Source of the DNA: Fimbriosthenelais zetlandica
Lineage: Eukaryota
Length of the DNA stretch: 64,000 nucleotides
Reading direction: 5' to 3'
Assembly (NCBI GenBank): GCA_977030845.1
Contig: OZ365118.1
Location: 15,376,001 to 15,440,000 of the forward strand
Position 1 is the stretch's first letter. Each line of letters starts with the position of its first letter. The notes beneath the pieces are model-generated. The model was given only the letters and a program-made list of their open reading frames with translations, was not told where the DNA came from and ran no database searches. Shown here in pieces: positions 29,093 through 39,850 of the stretch. The position numbers were made by a program, and so were the translations under genes.

Positions 29093-30661
29093 ATGGCTGA
29101 ACGCCATAGTGAACCCCGTTCCTTTGAACCACCACAGGGCGTCGGTGACTATAGGTCCCATAGAAGTAAGTCTAGGGATTCCTCTCATTCCTCACGATCC
29201 TCCGGATCGCGAAAGAAGGATGATAAGTCTCGGAGGAAGTACGAAAGGCGTGCAAGGTCTCGCTCGCTCTCGCCTCCGGGCAAAGATGGAGAAGTTGCCA
29301 GATTCTCCCCGCTTAAGGCCGTGAGGACGCCTGGAATACGTCGTCTTCGCTACGAGGATGTGGGACATCTGCGGCCTAAGGACTTCATCGAGGTTGTGCC
29401 CCGAACGGCGCGCCCCGCGAACAGTGATCCCCGTGAAACTGATCCGGATTTAGACGCGTTCATAGAGGGAATGACTTACGAAGGTCTCTTCCACGAGATC
29501 CAAGCAACCACAGGTCCCACGTTCCGTGGGCTCGCCCTCCCTACCGTGGAAGTGTCTCATCTAGAGCGTCTCCAGCGGGTCGAAAAGATTTGGGCCCCTC
29601 CGGAAAGGTGCCCTTTCCTCATTTGCCGGTCTAGGACCCAGAGTAAGGGCATCATGTGTGTTCTGCGCAACCGTGAATGGTTCTACCGACATCTGGTTGA
29701 GATACACACTCCTGTTACCGTGGTATGGTATTGTCCGATTCGGCAGTGCCTACACCGCACCGATCGTCCGGATGAGATGCAGGACCATATTTCGTCCGGA
29801 CACAAACAAAGTAAGAAGGATGCTTTGTCCAGGGTTAGAAGAGACGGCAGGTGGGAGTATGTGATAAATCCCTATTTCGCCAGCACTCTCTGGATGGATG
29901 ACGCGGACTACTTCGGCTATTTGAAGTCGCGATCATATCCCGACCACCGTCAACCCGGATCGCCTCCAGAACAGCCGGCCAAACGCCGTCATGAAGACAG
30001 GTCTCCGGAATCCATCCGGGCAATCCCCGCTGCTGCGGGAGCACCTCCTGCCATTGTGGCTACTGCCCCTGAGGAAGTCCCCTCTACTTCCGTGGCGCCT
30101 ACCCCTGAGGGAGTCCCCTCTACTTCAGTTGGACATCTGGAAGACGTGACGAATGACAGTCAGTTAGCGGAACCTCCCGCCGAGTCGAGTGTTCGATCCC
30201 CGGAAGTGCCGGGCACCTCCTCTATGGCTGGTTCCCCCTCCGCTTGTTCAGTCAGTGGGACTGATGATGATGAAAGTATGGACGGTTACATAACGGATTC
30301 GGTGAATTCGATCGCGGCAACCGCGCGCGAGGTCTTACGATCTCAGGTCCGTGCTTGCCGTGAACAATCGCGTCGTGAGGACGCTGGAGCCATCTCCCGA
30401 TTACACGCGGAGAATGTTCAACTCCGGAAAGACTATGAGCAAGCGCTCATTCAACTGAGGGAGGTCACCCGTTCCCGGGAAACGCTTCGGCAGCAAGCCG
30501 CCGGATTCGAGGAAATAATGAAAGTAGCCCGTAGAGTGGATGTCCCTACTAAACCAGCCACTCGAATGGGCCCGGACTCCGTATGGGTCCCGCCTCTCAC
30601 CAACACAAGGGGGCCTTCACAGGAGTGTTGGTCCGGGACTAGCCACGACCGGTTAGTCTGA
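29093..30661 (+). CDS. ORF3, 522 aa accessory protein of unknown function (RS-rich region, two C2H2 zinc fingers, NLS-like motif, Pro/Ser/acidic linker, coiled coil); not an envelope protein
   Basis: Uninterrupted ORF with good Kozak context (gtcATGG). C-x4-C-x21-H-x4-H at 29609-29707 and C-x4-C-x12-H-x4-H at 29732-29803; PAKRRH ~29975-29992; 36-nt tandem duplication (30066-30090 / 30102-30126); heptad-like region ~30320-30530. No signal peptide or TM segment. The last ~29 codons lie within the 3' LTR. Confidence 0.85.
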   Translation: MAERHSEPRSFEPPQGVGDYRSHRSKSRDSSHSSRSSGSRKKDDKSRRKYERRARSRSLSPPGKDGEVARFSPLKAVRTPGIRRLRYEDVGHLRPKDFIEVVPRTARPANSDPRETDPDLDAFIEGMTYEGLFHEIQATTGPTFRGLALPTVEVSHLERLQRVEKIWAPPERCPFLICRSRTQSKGIMCVLRNREWFYRHLVEIHTPVTVVWYCPIRQCLHRTDRPDEMQDHISSGHKQSKKDALSRVRRDGRWEYVINPYFASTLWMDDADYFGYLKSRSYPDHRQPGSPPEQPAKRRHEDRSPESIRAIPAAAGAPPAIVATAPEEVPSTSVAPTPEGVPSTSVGHLEDVTNDSQLAEPPAESSVRSPEVPGTSSMAGSPSACSVSGTDDDESMDGYITDSVNSIAATAREVLRSQVRACREQSRREDAGAISRLHAENVQLRKDYEQALIQLREVTRSRETLRQQAAGFEEIMKVARRVDVPTKPATRMGPDSVWVPPLTNTRGPSQECWSGTSHDRLV

Positions 30662-31238
30662 GTCTGCTGCTTCAATCGTTCTCGGCCAGTTGGCCTCGAG
30701 TCCGGATCTTTGCAAGATCCTCGAATGAACCATGCTGGGTTCACGGGCCTAAGTGGAGACGTGTAGTCTTCCCGGGTATGCTACCCGCCTCGCATTCCCA
30801 CGCAACTACACCAGACCTGGGTCTGGTACCGAGCAAGTCCGTGTAGGACAAACTACCCGGGGCATCTTCCAAGGCCGGTTCCCGGCCGGGATTGCTATCC
30901 CGGATCTTCCACGTTTACGGGTCATTTACGGAGCGCTCGTCAAATCCGGAACTCCGGATTCCGGTTTGACTGTGCTCAGGGTTTGGCTGGGTACCCATCC
31001 AGTTGACCTTGTGAGCGCCTGTAGCTTCCCTTATTGTACGATCACACGCGTTCTGGGTGCGCATTCATCACTGTCTATTGAATACCTGTTTGTTCTCCTG
31101 TATGGATCTACACTAAATAAATGAGCAACACTGCATAAGTTTTAAACTGTATCTGATTGCCTTTTGGTTCCTTCAATTATTGCCGAATTGTATTTGGGTA
31201 TTAGTTTTTAGTCTCTTTACTTTAGCCGGTTCATTACA
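30574..31238 (+). repeat. 3' LTR, 5'-truncated (665 nt)
   Basis: No mismatch found against 20881-21545 (offset 9693). Ends TTACA|ATAT. It does not begin with TG and has no upstream polypurine tract. Confidence 0.92.
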
Positions 31239-34081
31239 ATATATTCACATGAAATTGTGTAGAAATGAAAATGACTTGAGTGCATAAAAAAATCCACCAG
31301 ACGGCAGACACTTTGAACTAAATTAAAGACTTCACAAGCATCATTATTTCAATAATGAAGACGAAGCAGCACCCAATATTAGACGAATCTCTCAATTAAA
31401 ATCGCTTGAATCTTTAAGAAAGGTTGAGGTCCAAATTTTCAAATTTAAGAATTTTCATTTCCAACTCACTTTTAATTCCCTCTGAGTAGATGACAGACAG
31501 ATGGACTGATCAAAATTTCTCCAAAAAACTCCAAATTGAATTTCCCAAGATTGGCTTAAGTTTATGAGAATGGATTTTCCCAATTATTTGTTAAGCATGA
31601 CGTCACGTCTTGTGAACGAAAGAGGAAATAGGGGAATAGGCTTTGTCCCTTTTAATAATAAAGGGACCATTTTAAGTGATCAACGGCCGTTTCTTATCGC
31701 TGTTTGATTTGGGCAAAGGTTAAGAAAGCCTCTATTGTGAGAGGTTTGTCTAAAGATAGCCCTTACCCTCGATGGTGGTACTCAAGAGGGCTTGTCTCAC
31801 AATTAGGATGTACTTCTTTATAAGTCCCCATGGACTTACCATTGGTTCTAGCTTTGTAGTGAAACACGCCCAAAATGTAAGACCCTCCAAGGGTGGGGGG
31901 CTGAAGGACATAGCTATACATTTGTTGCATTGTTCGTCAGTGTCTCAAGTCTATTGTTGGCGACAGTTAATAGCTACTATTATATACTCCAAACTGTCGA
32001 CATCTTAATTGGGCAGGGGAAAGATGAATAACATTTCAATTAATTGTACAGATAAGATTTTAAGTGAATTAAGAATGATCCTGCTTCAGAAGCAAGGTAC
32101 CGATAATATAGCTAGGTCTAAATAAACAAGTTTATATATCACTAATGTATAATTGTAAAGTTCTACGATACAGCTGTGAGATTGCAATGGTTTATCACCT
32201 ATAAAATCATTTAGAAACTTAAAGCCATTTTTGGTCAAATCACCAAGCCAATAATAACCCCTGATGAGGCCCATTCCGTCGCGAAAATAAACAGCCTTAT
32301 ATAAGCTTATAGATTTCTGGAAGATGCATAGAACTGTAGATTCATCCTTCGATGGAACCCAATACCCAGTCAAGCTTATTATAAGCCCTCGCCTATATAC
32401 CAGTGCTAAAAAACCTCCAGTTTATCAGCTTCCCTGCGTCTCATAAATGCTTTAGCATAAAGCTTTAATAGACGACTGGAAGCAGTTGAGCCAGGACCAT
32501 GGACCACCCCGGCTAATGTGCCCCGATGTGCTCTTCCTTCCATAACCCTGCCTACCTATATACTCTATGTCAATAGCATTTTCATAGTCCCTCACAATGG
32601 TTGGGAAATAGCCTGCACCACTCCTCGGTGGCCACGATTCAAAGAAGGGGACCTGGATATTGGCGATAAAGCAGTCGCAAGGAAATTGCTATGTCTTTGC
32701 CTTTTATGTGGCCTCCGCCCCTCCCGACCGACGAAGCATCTTTTAATACGCTGCCATATAGACTAGGTAATAGTTACCTACAAGAAGGCAGGTGTAGTAA
32801 CATAGCTATACCTTATAAAAAAGACAAGCAAGAACTCTTAATTCCCTCCTTGAGCTTAATCACTTAAAATTCTATTATAGTACATTATAAATATAGATAA
32901 ATTGTCAAAGATATACCATTGTGTAGCTCCCCAAAGGACCAATACCTCACATGGTTATTTTTTCCCTTTAAAGCGGGGGTGGGTTAAAAATAGGTGGGAA
33001 CCATAATGCATTTATGTAAGAAGAAAGAAATGAATTGATTTCCCAGCGCATATGTTAGACGACGAGGGAGGGGGAGATGGAGAGATGGTTTGTTTCTATA
33101 ACAGGTATGGATTGGGGAAGGGTATAAGAAGCACTAATGCTATCATTCAAATGAATCGGCTGGCAGAGCTGGCATTTTACGCGGCAATGCTTTCACATAT
33201 GAGCCATAGTTGATAGCGTTTAAAGCAAACACACCCCACCAGTGATACATCATGGCGGCAGACAGCTTCCCTGCGTGCTGCATTTCAACAACATTAAGAG
33301 GCGGAAAACATTCAAGCTACTGCCTCTCCAAATTCCTATCCTTCCAAGTGAAAAGAAGGTGGTGGAGGAATGGAATAAGAAGAAGAACTGGTCGCCAGTG
33401 GCAACAGAACAATATTGTTCTAGTTATCATATCGCCGGAGCCAAAGGACAAAAATTCCTTAAGCTCGCATGACCAAAAGCTGTATTTCATTTGGCACCTT
33501 TTTTAGGATCCGTTAGCAGGTTGCTAAATCAGGGAGGCGAAGAGGAGATGGCGAAATTGCTCATTACGAGCTGAGACTAGGCAGGAATAATACTTCAAGG
33601 CCCTTTCTCATTGTTGAACATTACCCAGTGGGGGTGTAGGGGGGTCCAGGAACCCACTAGTACCCCCCTTTTCATGATTAATGATAGCACCATTGTCCTC
33701 TGCGTGATCACGACTTTCTCTATCAAGGTGGCAACTTCTTGAAGTCTGGCTTTACCCGAGGAAGAAGAATGCTTTACATGCGAAGAGAGGGAAATGCTTG
33801 TAAGCAATCCAATTAAATGTTTGTCTTTTGTAAGACTTGCTATCGTCTGTGGTGGTGTAATAAGCATCATTAAAGCTAGTAGGGAGGGGGTGATATGTTC
33901 TTCCTCCTTAAAGCAGTCTCCCTCGTTAAAGCCAGGGTTGTCATGAACGAGGATCAAGCCTTCTGCGGTCAGTGTGGGTGTGTGCGTGTGATTTTTAAGG
34001 TGCGAAGAAAAAGAAGGGGTGGGGTTAATTAACAAGGGAACTGGGCGAAGGAAGGGAGTGTGAGAAGGGGCTTCTGGGAGA

Positions 34082-34216
34082 NNNNNNNNNNNNNNNNNNN
34101 NNNNNNNNNNNNNNNNNNNNNNNNNNNNNNNNNNNNNNNNNNNNNNNNNNNNNNNNNNNNNNNNNNNNNNNNNNNNNNNNNNNNNNNNNNNNNNNNNNNN
34201 NNNNNNNNNNNNNNNN
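34082..34216. other. Assembly gap (135 N) in purine-rich low-complexity sequence
   Basis: Run of N flanked by GA-rich sequence. Confidence 1.
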
Positions 34217-37200
34217 GAGAGAAAGCGAGAGAGCCCAATAGAGGGAGAGAGGGTGTGAGTGAGGCAGGGGGAGAGGGGGCTGTCATGCAAAAGATGTCTC
34301 GGTGAAGAGTCATCAGCGATCATCCCTACTCGCAAACGAGCAAAAATCCCCAGTACCCCATCATCAAAAACCTAGCCCTTTTTATGAAACGCCTTCCTGA
34401 GGCGTTACGCAACACCTCTTTGTCTTTCATAGACATCCTGCATGTCAAGTAAATGGAACAAACAGGTTTATGATGTAGTCTTATGAAACAGATCTCAGAC
34501 CCATTTCATAATGGGTTATACAACGTATATATGCGTAAATGTTTCATAAGTGCCCTAAAGCTATTATTAACAGACACTGGGCTCATTTGGAATGCAACAT
34601 CTTTGCCTTTCCACCTCAACTTTCGTCCTCGGAGCTACTCTTGCAGCAGCCACCTTATAGTCTCGAGTTGCTTGGAGAAGCCCATGTCAACCATATAGAG
34701 TGGCTGCATGTATAAATGCGCCACGCCAGCTTAAAGACTACAACTCGTACATACACCACAACATATACCTATAAGCTGCCTACATTACTAAAAGCTTCCT
34801 CCATGGGATGAGGTGCCTAATGTGAATATATAGTTTCAGTTCCTCTCTGCCCACCTTCCACTTCCTCCTAGCTAGTCTATTAAGCACTAGATAGATCCTC
34901 ATCCCCGGCGAACCTTCAGGGAAAAGCATCCATTCACTCAGGAGAGCTTTTCCCTTTCCTCCAATAAAACTGCTGTTGCTGGTTTGTCTACTTGTAAATG
35001 GATTTCGCCTTAGCGTCTGGAAGAGTTTAAAAGAAGAAATGGACTTTTTTCGCTTTACATATGTTTCCTTAAAGATGCCTGCTTTGGCATTTAGGTCTGT
35101 ACGGTTTCTTCACAAAGGTGCCAAGAGGAATTTGCTGTTCCAAGGCCTAAGATAAGCTGCACAAACATTCGAAATGTGCAGAATCTAATGTGACATTTGC
35201 AGAATAAATCATTATTCGACATCCTATGTATAATATGAATAATATAAGCCTTTTCGAAAGTTTACTGCCTTATATATTATATAGCGCTTTTTTATGAAAT
35301 GGGATGTGGCGTAACTTTCTCATGGAACAGGCAGACAAGGGCTAACATATAGGCATAGCTCTTATTTTATATGGAATGTATTGAGAGGATTCACAGACAT
35401 ATGAAAAAGTGAATCCACATTCACTGAGGATGTAATGCAAGACAGTGCAGCATATTGTGGAATTCAATTTAGAACGCCAGCCAAACTTGCTGATGAATCA
35501 TCTTTTGAAATATGATAGAATCATAACCGTCAATACATCAAAGAGAAATCAAAACACATTCCCTCTCTGGCATCGTTATATCTGGCTGTCTCCTATTTCT
35601 CTCTACCTTCTCTTTCAATTACAATCTTCAGTTAGGATCCGATTCATATATAATACGTGCCATATTAGACAATATCAAATCTATGGGATAATCTAACATA
35701 GCACCCTATCCTTATGAAATGCCCCCCTCCCCTCAGATTTTCATTTTGAAGATTTTCTAGTCTACAGAGATAGCACCCAACAGAACTTTGCTAGATCGAT
35801 TCATTTAACCTAGTGCAACAGAGACTCGCTTCATTAAATAGTGAAGCAAATGCATTAGCACCCCTCTCAGCCCACCTCCCACTCAGTGCGCAAATGAAGT
35901 GTTTTATAAATCCATGCAGATAATCCCAGGTGCTATAAATACAGTTGCCAGGGACGCTCGGCTGTGGCTGCGGTGGAATTCTGGGCCGGAGGGGCTTACT
36001 AACAATGCATATGAAATGATTGCATGTCCGTCTACTCTACCTTGCATACACGATGTCTTGAGGTCGTGCCCTCTACTGTCCTTTCACCTTGAGTTGTGGG
36101 CGGTGAGCCTCAATGGGTCAAATCAAACTTGGCCTTGCAAAAGAGAAATTATATGGACACCGTCCCAACTCTGTGAATCGACGCGTCACTATAACTGGTC
36201 CAAGTCGTGTCACAAGTACAGCTATATGTGAACAAGGCCGATAACGGTTGCAAGACACGTCAGTCCAACTCACTAGAGTGTCCAAATTCATTCAGTCCAG
36301 TCCACTAGGGAGACGTGCCACGTCTTTGTCTCAGTTAAATAGATTTAACAGGAGCTCTTGTGCAAGCGACAAAAGGTAGCCGCGGCCCTCTCCAGCAAAG
36401 AAGCTCTGGCTATAGGTTTGGCTATAGGCTGGTTGGAGCATGTGTTGAAGTTGGGGGTTTTCAGCGGGGGTCTGGCGGTTTTGGGTCCATTCAGTAAAAT
36501 TGGACAATGTCATAATAACCAGTCATCTGTTGCATAAACGACATCCCCATTATTTTGTTAAAACATATGTTTTATACAAAACCCTCCAGTTCACAGACTT
36601 TTCATAAAATCCCTGGAGATTTGATATTTTTATGAAATGACTAACCATCCCTGATCCATCACCTATAAGGACATCCTCAGACAACCCCCCGTGTAGTCCC
36701 CACCTCCACTTTCACACCCCCATCTACCTTACTGTATACCGCGACTAAATTCCACCTCACAAAAGCCCCACTTCACGCTCCATGCAGTTTCGATCCAGCC
36801 TATTTTCTCATGATCCCAGATCCCCAACTTCATCTGATTCACCTCCCACAAAAAGACCAGATCATCGACTTAATCTCCTCACAATATCTCCCCTTTCATG
36901 ACCACTCGAGCCTTAAACACCAAGCTGAGACGAGCCCAACTCACGGGGCGGCTTTCCCCCTCTCCCTCTCCCACTCTCCCTCTCCCCTCTCCACTCTCCC
37001 CTCTCCACTCTCTCACTCTCCCCCAGGCGTTTACCAATTAAACACCAGAAGCAAAGAGAAAACTGACGAACGTTGACATACCCCCTATGTCGCCAGCCTT
37101 CATTATTGCAATCCGAGAAAAAATTCCTGCCCCGAGGGGGAAGGCCAATTATTATTTGCCCAAAGGACATGGCCCGACAGCTGAGTGTTGGATTTCTAAA

Positions 37201-39589
37201 AGCATTCGACAAAACTGACATGGTGTTGGTCATACGATTGCAGTGTCCACTTACCTACTAGAAGGACCTCTCGATCTCTCCAAGTAATAGTATCCTCCCA
37301 TGTTTATGAGTGTTGTCTTATGGATTGAATGTCACAAGGTGTACAATAGCCTTGTGGGGGTGCTGCACAGACCTGTGTTAGGCCTACTACTAATATAAGC
37401 GGCGATTCGTACTCCCGGCACACCTATATCACTTCGTTTTTTGTATTATTAAGTTTTTCCTCTGTCGGAACACTCATGGGTCTTTGACTTTACACTGAGA
37501 TGGACGCCTGCATCTATGATCATTTAGTTAAGTTCCGCGACACAACTACCTTTACTGCTTGGCCAACTCACGATAGATACTCCTTCCACCGCGCTCCTCC
37601 TCCCTCAACTCTCCTCCTCACTTCTCCCCCAGCTGACTACATTCATGGGCTCAGCAGCCGAGCTGCCAGGCATTGACTGGAGCGCCACCTCATGTGGCAA
37701 GAGGGAAACAGGCAGCATCCTCCGAGTGCCAATAGTGAAGCGGTGTGGACAGCTGTCTCTGTGTGTGTCAGGGGTGGAACATTTGGAGACGGATCAATAG
37801 CATTGGCCATTCAATGGCTGTGTTGGGGTGTTGCCTCAACTTGCTTTCCTATCCCATCCAGGCAAACTCTCGTATGTAAACACTTTGGGATCGCTTCGCT
37901 ATCTGGGGAGCCTAAGGAGGGATCCCTTTTCATAGGTTAACATTGCATGAGCTGTTTCATGAATGATCCATGCAAATGACTTCAACTCATGGACATGATA
38001 TAGTGCATTTTTTATGACACAATGCTCTTTCATCTTTTTTACAAATCGCAAATGACATGCACCTTTTTATGAAGCATCTCTCTGGGAAGTTTGGGTACTG
38101 TTCCAAACAAACAAAATGGCATTTTATTCAATGGATTTTACCATTGAAACAACCGCTATACCATTGAGCAACAACAGATATAGCAAGAAGTCATTTAATA
38201 CTGCACAAAGTCGCGCAAACTTTATTATGAAACCAGCCCTGTTATAGACCCCACCACCCAGATAGAGAACACTTACCAACCCACCTTCAGTCCAGCCCTT
38301 TGTGTGTCTATTGAAATCCCTTGTCTACAGAGACGTATACCTATAATAGCCTGGTGTTTCCCACTGTATTGGCACTGTATCCACCAATTGTACTTAACAA
38401 ACCATAGTGGAAAGATCCACCTGTAAGAGTCCATCAGATCCTATGCATGTTTCATGCCGAGTGAACGCCATAAAGGAAAAATGCTTTATTGATGTCGACC
38501 AGTGGTCTTTTGTATGCTTAACACTATCTAAATCTATCACCTGCCGGCGTTGCTCTTGGCCCCGGGCCATCCTCGGTATTTCAATCATCGATAAAGGTGT
38601 TTCATTCATATACATAATGTACGAGTCTCTGTAACGATCGTAAACCTGGTCGGATATATCCTTTTAAACTGTAGATTGTCCCGTTCGTTTTCTAACCTCG
38701 GACCACCCACCTTTAAAGGACAACACAACACCTTTCCGTGGGACGTCGCTCCACCATAAGGTCCCCCGCTGGTGTAATACAGTCCCCCCGCGGTGCATCC
38801 TTATACAAGGCTCGTTAAACATTGATTCTAATGGAGAAAAGAGTGAATAAATACCCTCTGAAGTAGACAGGCGATCGCTAAACTGAAAACCTCTCCTTTT
38901 ATCTAAAAATACCCGCGGACAAGGTGAATGGCATGAGCTTTTGCAATATAGATTGCAATTCCTTCACCACTGAGGGGAGCTATAGGAAACACATGCACCG
39001 ATACTTGACCTTAGCTGACTGCACCGCTCGAAAATGAAACCAGGAAAACAATAGCCCAACCAACCACCCATAAAAATATCGTCGGGGGCGAGATGATCAT
39101 TTTTGTCAATTTCCCCCGGCTTGGATCCCTGGGGTACTGCATGTCATTCAACACCCAGACAATTAAAGTTGTCACTCCACCTATTGGCTCGGTGAAAACC
39201 AAACCGGTTAATCTCTATCATTGCCTCTGCCAATCGCCATAAATCAGACGTTTGGAGATTAACATCTATTCTGTTCTCTCTGATAAAAGGCCAGGAGAAC
39301 ACCCCAAAACATCTTGTCAGACATGAGCTTGGTCTTATCTGTCATGAATTATAGTTTGGGAGCCGCGGTAATCCCCCCTTCTAACTCATTGAACCCTCTC
39401 ATAGTGACCCGCCCATTGCCTACTTCTTCTTTCCCCTGCTCTTCCATCACCCTAATCCAATTCTAATGCTCATAGATCAAGTGCAGAGTAAAGTCGATAC
39501 CTATAGCTGGGAGCATATATTCTTTATGGACTCGAGTCATACAATGGCAATGGGAAGTGATTGGTTCTGCCATGCACAGAGGTAGAGCT

Positions 39590-39850
39590 TCATGATGGAA
39601 GGGAGGGAAGGGAGACGGGGGAGCAGGAAAGGGAGAGGGAGAGATGAGTGACAGGTAAGAGAGAGGGAAGAGAGGAGAGGATGGAAAGAGGGAGAGAAAG
39701 GAGAAAGAATTGAAAGATTGGTCGAGAAGTAAGATGGGAAATAGTGATTGAAGGGATGGGGAGAGGGAAGGAGGGAGTGGGAGAAAATAAAGAGTGAGGA
39801 GAGAGAGAGAGAGAGATGGATGGATAGGGAGAAAGAGGGGATGAAGGGAC
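39590..39850 (+). repeat. Homopurine GA/GGA-rich tract
   Basis: About 260 nt almost entirely A/G. Confidence 0.85.

Larger units (their letters stand above)
20332..31238 (+). mobile_element. Ty3/Gypsy LTR retrotransposon, 10.9 kb, with gag, pol and an extra ORF3
   Basis: Termini TGTA (20332) and TACA (31238); ATAT on both flanks (20328-20331, 31239-31242); a 665-nt direct repeat with no mismatch found (20881-21545 = 30574-31238); PBS; domain order PR-RT-RH-IN; no stops or frameshifts within any of the three ORFs. Confidence 0.95.

Noticed and set aside
30261-30275. CTGATGA-tgat-GAAA resembling a hammerhead ribozyme core
   Set aside because: No stem II can form, and it is explained by Asp-Asp-Asp-Glu codons in ORF3. 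No hammerhead core was seen in the LTRs.
29093-30661. ORF3 as retroviral env
   Set aside because: No signal peptide, no transmembrane helix and no fusion-peptide layout; composition is that of a nuclear protein.
33595-34335. 246-aa minus-strand ORF
   Set aside because: Spans the N gap and low-complexity DNA; the remaining part has no motif.
17399-37261. LINE RT-like words (SAGVQQGVLPAP near 17510; FLKAFDK near 37190)
   Set aside because: Isolated motifs without correctly spaced neighbouring RT motifs.
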